Positions 1 to 22,018 are shown, counted from the first letter of the stretch. The stretch is DNA of 64,000 bases from the human T2T-CHM13v2.0 reference genome, Homo sapiens (GCF_009914755.1 NC_060940.1); one strand, 5' to 3'. A program made the numbers and translations. The notes: generated by a model not told the origin, from the sequence alone.

Positions 1-511
<511 letters not shown>

Positions 512-865
512 ATTTTTTTTTTTAGATCATCAGCTATTGTTAGTGTTAGTGTATGTTATGTGTGGCTCAAGACAACTTTGCTTCTTTTAATATAGGCAGG
601 GAAGTCAAAAGATTGGATATCCCTGCTTTATACCAAGAAAGACAACACCCCACATTTGCAATGCCTAAAAACACTACCAGCCATCTGAAAAACATGAGAC
701 TTCTCTAACTTCTGTTCTTTTTTGTAGCAGTGGAATCCCACGGTGATATCTGAGGGATGTGGTTACCTTTTGGAGGAGGTTGACGGTTTCTAAGGATGAT
801 TCTTTCTGAGTGAAATATTGTCAGTGTCATTGACCTTTTCATTATTTCAACTATTATTATTCCAG

Positions 866-994
866 GTTATCAATACTCTGGCTGACCATCGTCATCGTGG
901 GACTGACTTTGGTGGAAGTCCTTGGTTACTTATCATTACTGTGTTTCTGAGAAGTTATAAATTTGCCATCTCCCTCTGCACAAGTTACCTTTGT
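866..994 (+). CDS. NPIPA1: NPIP (morpheus) internal coding exon [43 protein letters not shown]; first exon lies upstream of the window
   Basis: ttccag| acceptor, |gtgagt donor, 129 bp phase 0-0; peptide recognised as NPIPA-type; paralog assignment from recalled protein sequence and adjacency to PDXDC1. Confidence 0.9.
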
Positions 995-1324
995 GTGAGT
1001 ATACTAACTTTCTGTAGAGGTATACTTGTAATCACAAATAAGAATAAATTATATGAAACAATTCACGTTTCTGGACTTCATTATGAATATGTGGTTTTAC
1101 CCAAAAAATCAGGGAAATGATTTATTAGCATAAGAATTATGAAAATATCTGCCATTTACATTATGAAAATTAAATAGGTCGGTGTTTAATAGAATGTCAA
1201 CAGAGCTTTTGGTCAAAAATAAGTTTTTTTAACCTTTGTGCTATTTGTCACAAATGGAGTATGAGATTTCGTCACTTAAATGGGAAAGTCTTTCTAAACT
1301 CTTCTGCTTTATAGTTCTATCGTA

Positions 1325-1800
1325 TGGGTGGAAGGAAAGCTTCCAATCTCCTCTCTGAAGATTCACTGCAGAAATGAGCTGACAACAGACAGCTTAACAG
1401 GAAAAGAAAAACATAGAACAGGCATAAACATGGGAACCAGCTGAAAAATGAGACTGCTAGAAGGGCTGGATGGTTGATGCTTAAAGAGCACCCTCTTCTG
1501 AGGGTAGAGGGAGATAGATGGAGATGTAGGCCATTTAGAGGGTCAGCAAATGATTTTTAGGGGAAATGAAAGAGCCCAAGGAACAAACAGTTGGCCTGAG
1601 ACAAAGTTCCTCTGAGGTCATAGGGACGAGGTGACAAACTGCCGGAAGGTGAAGGGCAGAACTGCACTGCGTCTCATGATGCAGAGAAAGCCCCAGAGAA
1701 TCTCTTAGAACTGCCCTCCAAGAGAATCAATGAAAAGTGTGTCTGGGCAGGGTAATTTTGAATGACATCATTCAAAGTGCATGTTCCCACTTGCAACTGG
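1325..1800. mobile_element. Probable old ERV1-class LTR fragment
   Basis: Resembles MER-type ERV1 LTR by eye; family not resolved. Confidence 0.3.
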
Positions 1801-2186
1801 AGAGAGATCCGTATGTCAAAAGTCTGTACTTGGTAAGAATTTGGCTGCTAAGTTGTGGCATAATTTGTCTTTTGAGCCTTTTTTCCTTTGGGTAAGTTGA
1901 GCTCTACATTTTGTCTTGCCATTCATGACAGTAAAAATGTGGTTGTGTGGGGGCTGAACCTCCTTCTGAACAATGATCCAAGATAAAAGTACTAATACCA
2001 CAATGCTTTTTGATATTCAAGGGAAGAGGAAGTATGTTTCAGTTTTACCACCTAGATAATTACACGTCATTTGGCACTGCCTTTCAAGATATGTGGAAAA
2101 CAGAAAATATATGAGTTATGAAGATATCTAGGCACATTTAACATTCTCTATGCCACTTAGTCCTGAACAGAGAATTTTTGGTATAA

Positions 2187-2489
<303 letters not shown>

Positions 2490-2876
2490 TGAGCCACCAC
2501 GTGAGCCAGGGGAAGTTTTTAAATTTACCACTTTTTAACAATTCCATTTAGGAAAGTTCAGTTGAGCTGTTGGACTTGGACAACTTTGTACCTCTCATCT
2601 TTGTCCTTGTCATCTAGTCATCTATACCATTACCTCCTAAGCAGGGACATCATGGGTGCCATGAAGCATTCATGTGTGATGGCATTTCTTTGCTTCTCAT
2701 TTCTTCATGTGTTTGACATTTCTCCTAGCTCCAAACTGGGCCAGCTACCTTTCCTATGAAATCTAGCAGTAGCTGTGGGATAGACGTGGTTGCTCTTTTC
2801 ATCTTTTTAGATTACCCATTGCTTCTCTTGAAATCCTAGTACATGATTTTTTTTTTTATCCTATGTGCAGAAATCA

Positions 2877-3212
<336 letters not shown>

Positions 3213-3644
3213 TCAATGACTACCTCAGGAGATTCATAGGTATCTGACCCACATCTGAGATGGGATTTGCATTGCATTTTAGCTATGATGAGAACAAATA
3301 TTTAATATCTTCGAAGATTAAAAGCATACTGTGATAATATGGAAATCTTGGTGGGAATTCAGTCATTAGTGAGAATGTTTTGCATTAAGTTCAAACCAGC
3401 CTCAACGAAGCTGATGTGAGGGAAGGGAAAGTGAACTCTGAGTAGAGCAGGGACAGAAGAAAGATGCTCCAGTGCAGATCAGGAAGGAGCAGGGGGTGAA
3501 ATGTTACAAATTCTAGAACTCAGAGAGCTGAAGGTAATTAATTACTTCCTTTTCAAGTTGTGAAACATGTTAACCTGTGGTAAAATACTTACAAGATGAT
3601 AATTACCATCTAACCGTGTTGAAGTGTACAGTTCAGTTGTGTGA

Positions 3645-3937
<293 letters not shown>

Positions 3938-3994
3938 TGAGCTACCGCACCTGGCCTATATTTTTTTTTTTTTTTTTTTTGAGACAGAGTTTGA

Positions 3995-4141
<147 letters not shown>

Positions 4142-4276
4142 TAGCAGAGACAGCGTTTCTCCATGTTGGTGAGGCTGGTCTCAAACTCCCGACCTCAGGT
4201 GATCCGCCTGCCTCGGCCTCCCAAAGTGCTGGGATTACAGGAGTGAGCCACCATGCCAGCCTCATGTCATTCTTGT

Positions 4277-4279
4277 GTG

Positions 4280-4318
<39 letters not shown>
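4277..4318. repeat. (TG)n microsatellite at an Alu tail
   Basis: Directly visible. Confidence 0.95.
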
Positions 4319-4320
<2 letters not shown>

Positions 4321-4623
4321 ACAGAGTCTCATTCTGTCACTCAGGCTGGAGTGCAGTGGTGTGATCTCGGCTCACTGCAACCTCCACCTCCCAGCTTCAA
4401 ACGGTTCTCTGCCTCAGCCTCCCGAGTAGCTCGGATTACAGGCGCCCACTGCCATGCCCGGCTAATTTTTGTATTTTTAGTAGAGATGGGGTTTCACCAT
4501 CTTGGCCAGGCTGGTCTTGAACTCCTGACCCCGTGATCCACCCTGCCTCGGCCTCCCAAAGTACTGGGATTATACGCATGAGCCACCGTGCCCAGCCGTC
4601 ATTCTTATATTATTATTTCCTAG

Positions 4624-4723
4624 GTGTCTTTCCTGAAGACTATCTTCCCGTCTCAAAATGGACATGATGGATCCACGGATGTACAGCAGAGAGCCAGGAG
4701 GTCCAACCGCCGTAGACAGGAAG
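4624..4723 (+). CDS. NPIPA1: NPIP coding exon [33 protein letters not shown](G)
   Basis: ttcctag| acceptor, aag|gtatgg donor, 100 bp, continues the frame of the previous exon. Confidence 0.9.
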
Positions 4724-4886
4724 GTATGGCTCTGTTGGAGTCCCCATAGTGTGGAAATGAGTTTGCCCTGGAAAGGGAAAGAACAGCTTCTTGCCCTCAG
4801 GTTTCTCACCTTCTCCTCTCCTCACTCTCACCAAGGGCTGAGGTCCGTTTGTATGCACACAAAGAAAAGAGTTTCTTCCTTTCCAG

Positions 4887-5031
4887 GAATTAAAATTGTC
4901 CTGGAAGACATCTTTACTTTATGGAGACAGGTGGAAACCAAAGTTCGAGCTAAAATCCGTAAGATGAAGGTGACAACAAAAGTCAACCGTCATGACAAAA
5001 TCAATGGAAAGAGGAAGACCGCCAAAGAACA
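4887..5031 (+). CDS. NPIPA1: NPIP coding exon (G)[47 protein letters not shown](H)
   Basis: ttccag| acceptor, |gtaaga donor, 145 bp, phase-compatible. Confidence 0.9.
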
Positions 5032-5154
5032 GTAAGATGTGCCTTGACACAAATACTGTTGTATGAACCATGTGCCAATCAAAGTAGACAACTGTAAAGT
5101 CCTTGAGAATATTTTCTACAATATTTGTGGCAAATTCAGTGGGTTCAAAATTGA

Positions 5155-5508
<354 letters not shown>

Positions 5509-5702
5509 TAATCCACCCGCCTCAGCCTCCCAAAGTGCTGGGATTAGAGGCGTGAGCCACCACACCCAGGCTTTTTTTTTTTTTTTAATTTTGAGATAGA
5601 GTCTCGCTCTGTCGCCCAGGCTGGAGTGCTATGGTGCAATCTTGGCTCACTGCAACCTCTGCCTCCCAGTTTGAAGCAATTCTGCCTTGGCTTCCCGAGT
5701 AG

Positions 5703-6023
<321 letters not shown>

Positions 6024-7979
6024 TGAGCCACCGTGCCCAGCCCAATTTTTGTATTTTTAGTAGAGACGGGTTCACCATGTTGGCCAGGCTAGTCTTGAAC
6101 TCCTGACCTCAGGTGATCTGCCTACCTCAGCCTCCCAGTGTGAGCCACCGCACCCAGCCTGGATTGTTGAACTCAATGCTTGGGTCACCTCCAGATTCAT
6201 TTTCACAGTCTTTCATGTTTTGGTCATACTACATTGTATTTTGCTGCCATATGACTGATCTTTTTTTGTTAAATGTGAGATACTTGTTAAAAAATATTTA
6301 ACAATGAATTGAGGCCTAGTAGCATGTTATCTTGCTGCAGAAGAGATGGGAGTCTACTTCTGGGGGATGGTCAGGGGTCCTCCGTACAGGCTGCAATTGA
6401 GGTCGTCTCTGCAGGCTCAGTCCCTACAAAGGCCAGGGTATTTCCTGTCCACCTCTATTCTGATGCATGACTCTTCTGGGTCTCAACCAGAGCCAGTGGA
6501 CTTCAGTATGGATCGCTTTCATTGGCAGACCCTCAATCCACTTGTTTTCCATCTAACCCCACGCATGTGTGCAAAAGCTGCTGTGCTTCTTTGCATCTCA
6601 GTAGTTCCTTCTGGAATTCAGCAATGAAACTCAGGGAAATGGGTTCCAAATGCGAGGCTGACTTTCGTCCTGGGTTTCCTTCTTCTCCATCTTCACCTCA
6701 TGTCTGTTTACTGCCATGTTAGCAATTTGATGTATTCAATCATGGGTTTTATATTCTGTTTGGTGTCCCCCATTGTTCTCATCTGAGATCAGAAGCTTCA
6801 GATGCACTTATGTCAACTCAAGAGTAGAATGCTTCCTTAGCCTCCCTCCAGAGTCAGGTTTTGTGTTTCTAGTTCCCAAGTGCACAGCAGGAGTAGTGAT
6901 GTCCTCACTGGCTTCTCATTTGCATTAAACTGTGAGCTTCTTTAGCGTGGGGACAGGACCCTGCTCCCATTGCATTGTCAGCACCTCACCACACACACCT
7001 TGTTTGAGGCCACTCCAGACAGCATGTGCTGAAGGATGCCCTGTGGTCAGAAACAAGTTCATTAACTTTCTCTTTGAAGTGTTTTCGTCCCTGTTTCCTA
7101 GCGTTCTGGGAATTTTACACATCCTTCCTATAAAACCAAGTATCAGGTGAGATCCTTAGGATCAGGACCATGAATCAAGTGGTGTGAGGGCAACACAGCA
7201 AACTTACCCTTTTGAGGCCGTTTCCTTTTTCTGCCCTCAATCTCTGTGAACTGAACCTTGTTAAAGTCAGTCAACACCAGGGTGGATGGTTTGCCGTTGT
7301 CACCTATTTTCAGGACATAACATCCTGACTTAGGAGCCATTCCGATCATTTCTAATTCAATAGATGCACCCAGCATTCAGATTGCCTTTTCAGGATCTTT
7401 AAAGTCGATGACAAGAGTTCCAGTCCTGAATCATGGCAAAGTGCAGTAGTGAACTGCGGGGTTAATGACACCATATTCTGGAAGGATCTCTCTATGGCTG
7501 ATGGTCTCAGTTCCGGCATCAGCCTCTGACTGAGAATCAGGTCTCACACAGGAGAAGTCAGATGAGGAGCAATCCTCTGCTTCCGATGGAGTTAGTTGTG
7601 ATGAATTGGTGAGGTCTGGTTTTTCACACTGAACTAAAATGAGCTTTCGCTGTGTCAAGCACAAGACTGACCCCAGAGACGCACATAGTGCACCTCATAG
7701 AAGCTTTTAATAGTCTTTATATTTACTAAAGAATAGGACTAACTATGGAACTATGAAGATGAGCTGGAAATGACAGGTGACTTGCCAGCAGGCCAGAGTG
7801 TGATTTTTTTTTGTCCCTCAATGGGAGGTGTCCATTCTTCCTTCGGTTGTGAGAATCAGTTGGTTCATTTGTGGGAAGGTTGCAGGGGGGATCTTTGAAT
7901 CAGCCTTCAGATGCCAGAAGGGCAGAGGGAATCCCACACGTGCTGGTGGATCATGTGTGTGCATTTCTCTCCCTTCTAG

Positions 7980-8087
7980 TCTGAGGAAACTAAGCATGAA
8001 AGAACGTGAGCACGGAGAAAAGGAGAGGCAGGTGTCAGAGGCAGAGGAAAATGGGAAATTGGATATGAAAGAAATACACACCTACAT
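7980..8087 (+). CDS. NPIPA1: NPIP coding exon (H)[35 protein letters not shown](M)
   Basis: cccttctag| acceptor, |gtgagt donor, 108 bp phase 2-2. Confidence 0.9.
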
Positions 8088-8585
8088 GTGAGTTCAGAAA
8101 CTGAACCCCACCCTCTTGGGAAACGCCCATTGGAGTGTTGTTTTTAACCTTTGTACAATGTTTAGACCCAGTAAATGCAGAAATAGAAACAAATGGTCAG
8201 AAGACATATCGTGAGAGAGAGAGAGTTCACAAAACAGAAAACAAAGTACCTTAATATTTACCAGTGACCAAAAGATGTGAAGTAGCAAAACGGCTCCTGA
8301 CCCCATTGCCAGCTAGACTGTGTGGAAACTCGGTTCATACCAGCCATTCTAGGGGTGGGGTGAGTTGTTGTCATCCTTAGGAAAGTGTGTTGTTGTAGGA
8401 TCAACCACATCCTTCAAAAGGACTATGCCTGTTTATAAGCCCAGCTGTTTCTGCCCTGTGAAACACGGTAAAGATATTAATACAAAGAGAATACAGCTTT
8501 ATGATAAAAGATGCTCAATGAAGGATGAATTAGGGATATACTGAGAATGGGGAAGGAAACTATCATCTCAGAAGTCAGGCAGTAA

Positions 8586-8945
<360 letters not shown>

Positions 8946-9099
8946 TCAGACTGTACTCTTCTAGCCATCTGAAATACGTTTTCTAGGTAGAGATAGATTG
9001 TGTAAGGGTACAGTTGTGAGGATAACAGAAACATGGCAGATTATTTAAAATCATCCTGAAAGTGGTGCTTTATCTGATGAAAGTGATTGTAATCCATAG

Positions 9100-9160
9100 G
9101 GAAATGTTTCAACGTGCGCAAGCGTTGCGGCGGCGGGCAGAGGACTACTACAGATGCAAA
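9100..9160 (+). CDS. NPIPA1: NPIP coding exon (M)[20 protein letters not shown]
   Basis: ccatag| acceptor, |gtaagg donor, 61 bp phase 2-0. Confidence 0.88.
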
Positions 9161-9269
9161 GTAAGGAGCTTCCTCCCCGCAGTTGCAGGATAGTTCAGTG
9201 CTGATGCAGATGATGCCACGGCCCTTAGACTCTCTCAACATTCAATTTCTCATGTGTTGGCTTTTTCAG

Positions 9270-9305
9270 ATCACCCCTTCTGCAAGAAAGCCTCTTTGCA
9301 ACCGG
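9270..9305 (+). CDS. NPIPA1: NPIP micro-exon ITPSARKPLCNR
   Basis: ctttttcag| acceptor, |gtaagt donor, 36 bp phase 0-0. Confidence 0.88.
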
Positions 9306-10664
9306 GTAAGTTTGCTTGTTTTCCTTGCTTTTGGACATAGTCTGCCAGGTCAGGACATGGATACATTTTTCTCCCTACGGCTCTGTGCTCAAGCCCTGCA
9401 GAGGGAGATGGCAGAGAGGAAGGCTGCCTACAAGCATCACAGTCCCATCCCTGTTGGTAACCGTGTTGCGCAAAAACACCTTCATCCCCACCCAGTGGGG
9501 CCCCCATCTAATATTCTAAGTGTCAGAGGTTCCGTATTTGTAATAGCAAATGGGCCCTGACTGTAAATTAGTGAAGAGTGAATGTAACTTATTACCCACA
9601 GGGACAATTCCAAATGAGGGCCTTAAATGATGCTCAGCTAAGCTGGTTCTTGTGTGGCCTCTGTACCTTCAAAAGCTGCCGAGTCCTATGATTGCACGCG
9701 ATGGGACTTGTACACTTGAAATGAAACACAGTTTTAAAACTTGCTTTGTTTAGAATTCCCACCTCATTTTTCCATGGACAAAAGTATTCTTTATGTCCTA
9801 GTGCACTTACAATTTGGTATTACCTGGGAGTGAAAAGAAATATTACAGCCATGCCTAACTGACTTCTTGAGGTAAGATTGTTCTGTCAGAAAACCCTCTC
9901 CCAGTTCCCCTGCAGCTCTTCAGGAATCCACATCTCTCCAGAGCTCTTTGTTCTCATGGGTGGCACCTCCAGAGTGAAGAAGATCCTTTGTCAAGAAGGG
10001 AAACAGAGGGGAAATGAGAGGGTCCTGCAGGCAGAGCTGGAATCAACTTCCACTCTGCCTCTTGCAAGCTGTGTGACCCTGGGCACAATTTCTCCTTCCT
10101 CTGGAAACCTCTGTTTTCTTAGATTTGGAGCAGGGTGGTCACACTGACCTTGCAGAGTTCTGAGAATCAGAGACAGAACATAAAAGGCCTGGAAAACATT
10201 CTCCAAAAAGAAGCTGCAACATGTGTGGACAATGGGCTTTTCATGCCTCTCTTACTGTCTCTTACTGTCTATTGACCTGGTGCAAGAAACATGCTCTGGT
10301 GATGGCTGTGAGGGAGGAATGAGGATAGACATAGACACTCCTGTGTCTCAAACATGCTTCTTTATTACTCTGTTATGACTCTGTCTTCCCTGGGGCAGGA
10401 CCCCAGCCTGCCTACATTTGCAGACAGACACAGTGGCATGTGGAGACAACAGTGTGTCCCAATGACTTTTCTTTACCCCCTAGCTGTCGGCAGTACTCAG
10501 TGGAAGGGTGATATTATGACACTGACACTGCTATTTTGAAACCTGGAGGATGGAAAGGTGCAAAAATCTATCACCAGCAACAGAAGGTGCAGACTGTGTT
10601 GGTGGCGGTAATTTTGTCCATCAAATGAATATGTGTGAAAACATTCCCTCCTTTGGCCCTACAG

Positions 10665-11075
10665 GTCAGAATGGCGGCAGTGGAGCATCGTCATTCTTCA
10701 GGATTGCCCTACTGGCCCTACCTCACAGCTGAAACTTTAAAAAACAGGATGGGCCACCAGCCACCTCCTCCAACTCAACAACATTCTATAATTGATAACT
10801 CCCTGAGCCTCAAGACACCTTCCGAGTGTCTGCTCACTCCCCTTCCACCCTCAGCTCTACCCTCAGCGGATGATAATCTCAAGACACCTGCGGAGTGTCT
10901 GCTCTATCCCCTTCCACCCTCAGCGGATGATAATCTCAAGACACCTCCCGAGTGTCTGCTCACTCCCCTTCCACCCTCAGCTCCACCCTCAGTGGATGAT
11001 AATCTCAAGACACCTCCCGAGTGTGTCTGCTCACTCCCCTTCCACCCTCAGCGGATGATAATCTCAAGAAACTAA
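10665..11075 (+). CDS. NPIPA1: NPIP terminal coding exon [18 protein letters not shown]...[22 protein letters not shown]
   Basis: ccctacag| acceptor, stop TAA 11073-11075, proline-rich repeat C-terminus typical of NPIP. Confidence 0.92.
   Translation, partial: VRMAAVEHRHSSGLPYWPYLTAETLKNRMGHQPPPPTQQHSIIDNSLSLKTPSECLLTPLPPSALPSADDNLKTPAECLLYPLPPSADDNLKTPPECLLTPLPPSAPPSVDDNLKTPPECVCSLPFHPQRMIISRN
10794..11068 (+). repeat. Coding VNTR of NPIP last exon (57/69-bp units)
   Basis: ctcaagac/ctcaagaa anchors at 10809, 10878, 10935, 11004, 11063; spacings 69, 57, 69, 59 bp. Confidence 0.92.
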
Positions 11076-11080
11076 GGAAG

Positions 11081-11090
11081 AATAAATAAA
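11081..11090 (+). terminator. Polyadenylation signal(s) AATAAA of NPIP
   Basis: aataaataaa 5 nt after the stop codon, followed by a T/GT-rich downstream region. Confidence 0.7.
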
Positions 11091-11234
11091 TAATATAAAA
11101 ATAAAATGAATACTGCAGTCCTTATGTTATTGCTTTGTTTCAATATCTGGTATGATTGCCTGAGGGACCTGAGGTTTTTAATCGTAGGGGTTTTTTTAAT
11201 CTTTAGAAGTGGTTGGTTATGTAAAATATTATTA

Positions 11235-14853
<3,619 letters not shown>

Positions 14854-15202
14854 TGATTTTTAGCTTTTAACTTTGAAATAACTACAGACTTTGAAAGAAG
14901 TTGCAAAAATAGTACAAAGAGTTACCACATACTCTTCATCCAAGCTTCCTGAAATATTGATATCTTACATGACCATAGTACAATGATCAAAACAAGGAAA
15001 TAAGCACGGAAATCATACACGTACCTAATCTACAGATCTTATTCAAATGATCACCGATCGTCACCCTAAGGTTCTTTGTTCCCAGTCTGGCCTCCAATCC
15101 CAGATTGCTTCACATTGTGTTGAACTGTCAAATGGCCTTAGTCTCCAAGTGAGATCACTAACCGGCTATTCTGTAGGCTGTCCCTCAGTTTATCAACCCA
15201 GT

Positions 15203-16064
<862 letters not shown>

Positions 16065-16266
16065 TCCATTCTCTTCAGTTCTTGGAAATCTGCCCATTTC
16101 TATGTTCTCTGACCCTTTTTATCTGCCCGTTTATTGATTTATAGCCTTCTCCGGCTCCTTATCCTTGTTACTGGTCCGGAGTAAACTTCTGTTAGATTTC
16201 TCCCAGCTGGGCAGGCTTCCAGCTCACCAAAACATCTCCTTCTTTGCTTTTTACTTATATCCCCCT

Positions 16267-16495
16267 TGTATCATTTTTCCATGGCTGAGGTAACAAATTA
16301 CCACGAATTTAATGGCTTAAAAGAACACAAACTTCTTGTCTTAGAATTTGGGGTGTCAGAGTCTAAAATGGGTCTGCAGGACTGCATTCCTCCTGGAGGT
16401 CCTAAAGGAGAGTTCATTTTCTTGCCTCTTCCAAGCTTCTAGATGCTCCCTGCACTCCTTGGCTCCCCATCCAACATCTTCAAAGTCAGCAGCAT
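16267..16495 (-). mobile_element. MaLR LTR fragment (MLT1C/D-like)
   Basis: gtaacaaattaccac...ggcttaaaa...cttgcctcttccaagcttctag pattern of antisense MLT1. Confidence 0.65.
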
Positions 16496-17226
16496 AAATC
16501 TTCCCATCTCCCTTTCTCTCTCTTTTTTTTAGACAAAGTCTTACTCTGTCACCTAGGCTGGAACGCAGTGGTACAGTCATAGCTCACTGCAGCCTCAAAC
16601 CCCGAGGCTGAAGTGATCCTCCCGCCTCAGCCTCACGAGTAGCTGGGACCACAGGCATGCACCACCATGCCTGGCTGATTTTTAATTTTTTATAGAGACA
16701 GGCTCTTGCTATGTCACCAGGGCTGTCTTGAATTTGGGAGCCCGCGATCAGAAGCCAGCATGGTCGGCAGCTCCCTACACCACGTCCGGGCTTCCCGGGC
16801 CTCCAGCTGCCCCCTGCGCCGCCGCCGCCTCCCGCACCTGCACGTGGCCACTCCAGATGCTCCGGAGGGATTGAGCACCCCGCGCACACCCAGCTCACAC
16901 CATCCAATCCGGAGGCCATGGGCCGACATGGGGGCTGAGCGTTTGAAATGAGCCCGGACCACCAGATGCATGGGTCCGTTCACACGAAATACCCAGAACA
17001 GGCAAAGCCACAGAGGCAGAAAGTATGGGGTTATTTATTTTAATTAATTAATTAATTGTTTTGAGACGTAGTCTCCTCTGTCGCCCAGGCTAGAGTGCCG
17101 ATCCCTATGTTAGCTTGATGTGGTGGCTCATATCTGTAATCACAGCACTTTGGTAAGCTGAGGCGGGAGGATCGCTTGTCAGGCCAAGAGTTCAAGACCA
17201 GTCTGGGCAAAATAGTGAGACCCCCC

Positions 17227-17610
17227 TGCTATGGTTTGGATTTGGGTCCCTGCCCAAATCTCATGCCGAATTATAATCCCCAGTGTTAGGGGAGGGACCT
17301 GGTGGGAGGTGATTGGATCATGGGGGGAGAGTGCCTCCTTGCTGTTCTCCTGATAGTGAGTGAGTTCTTATGAGATCTGGTTGGTTTAAAAGCATGTAGC
17401 GCTTCCCCCTTCTCTCCCTTCCTCCTGCTCCAGCTATGTAAGATGTGCGTGCTTCCCCTTTGCCTTCCGCCATGATTCAAAGTTTCCTGAGGCCTCCCAG
17501 CCATGCCTCCTGCACAGCCTGTGGAACTGTGAGTCAATTAAACCTCTTTTCTTTATAAATTACCCAGTCTCAGGGAGTTCTTTATAGCAATGCAAGAACG
17601 GACTGATACA
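17227..17610 (+). mobile_element. MSTA-like MaLR solo LTR inserted inside an AluJ-type element
   Basis: TG...CA ends; tgctatggtttgg start; aattaaacctcttttctttataaattacccagtctcagg near the end; Alu sequence resumes on both sides. Confidence 0.85.
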
Positions 17611-18547
17611 ACCTCCATATCTACAAAAAAAAAAAAAATTGTTTTAATTACCTGAGCATGGTGGTGCACACCTGTAGTCCCAGCTACTCTGGAGGCCAAG
17701 GCAGGAGGATCACTCCAGCCTGGGCAACAAGAGCGAAATTCCGTCTCAGAAAAAAAAAAAAAAATTAAAAAATTTAAAAAACGTAAAGAAAAAAATTATT
17801 TTGCTAAATCTGGCAAAGCCAAAGGGATGAAACTGACATTTACTGGGCACCTTCTGCACAAGTCAGTTCTCCTAGGAACCCAGAGAGGCAAGGGATTGGT
17901 AGCAATCTCTAGAGGCAAATATCCTCTAATATCCATGGTGTTCTTTGTGGAGCAGCTCAATGGATTTACTTAATGGGAAATGAAAGAAGGAAAAATGAAG
18001 ACTTAGAAGGCTTCGATGATTTCCAATGCATTACTGTATACTTATCTCTTCTTAGAAGCAATAGAAAAAAAAATCAGGAATTAAAGACAATCTATTACTC
18101 AAGCAAATGCTAAAGGCCTCCCATGGTCTTCAAACAAGAAGAGATGCTCTAAGATAAATTACTTCATTACGTTGATGCTTCATCATCCGTGGAAGCTGTG
18201 ACTCAGAGCCCTGCAGCAATAATTAGGCAGTGCGTTCATGTCCCGTTAATGTCCCCAAACAGTGGGAGATGAATGGAGAACATAGGGCTGTGTTCGAATG
18301 AAAAAAGGGTTTTGTTCGGCGCTCTTTCAGCAGGGAATAAGTACTGATGTGGGAACTGAGCTTCTGTTTACAACTAAGGATCACATTAAAAATATATTAA
18401 GATGACTACAGTAAAGCTTATTGTAGCTATTATTATTTCATTTAAATGAATCCCAGTTTCATAAGAACCACCAAGGGGGCTACCATGTCTAAAATGTAAC
18501 TTCTCTGCGAATCCTGAAATTTCTACTGACAAAAGACTACGATGCAC

Positions 18548-18876
<329 letters not shown>

Positions 18877-19450
18877 TAAGACCAAAAGGACTGTTTTGCA
18901 ATGAAGCAGATGAATCAACCAGTAAGGCCAACCCCTCAAAAAATGTAGCACTGAAGTTTCTTCAACATCTGCCTCTGAGACTTGTTCATATGTGCAGACA
19001 CAGAGCAGGAAACTAAAGCAACTGCCTTCCTCTTTGTCACCTGAAATGAGAATGGAGAGAGGCTGGCAAGGAAATGATATGTAATCTTCCCTCCTTCCTG
19101 ATTTTCTTTTCTATCCTTTTTTTTTTGAGTTGGAGTCTCGCTCTGTCACCCAGGCTGGAGTGCAGTGGCACAATCCCAGCACTTTGGGAGGCTGACGGGG
19201 GTAGATTACTTGAGGCCAGGAGTTTGATACCAGCCTGGCCAACATGGTGAAACCCCATCTCTACTAAAAATACAAAAAATTAGCCAGGCGTGGTGGCATG
19301 TGCCTGTAATCCCAGCTACTTGGGAGGCTGAGCATGAGAACTGCTTGAGCCCGGGAGGTGGAGATTGCGGTGATCTGAGATCGTGTCACTGCATTCCAGC
19401 CTGGGCGACAGAGTGAGACTACATCTCAAAAAAAGAGAAAAAAAAGAAAA

Positions 19451-20401
<951 letters not shown>

Positions 20402-20422
20402 TAGAAGAGGGAAAGTTTAATA

Positions 20423-22018
<1,596 letters not shown>

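Noticed and set aside
818-1120. ORF-track extensions of NPIP exons (also 4658-5035, 7828-8091, 9183-9560)
   Set aside because: Read-through into introns; the true exon limits are set by canonical splice sites with consistent phases.
10794-11068. Repeat array as CRISPR-like
   Set aside because: Tandem coding minisatellite with no unique spacers, in primate DNA.
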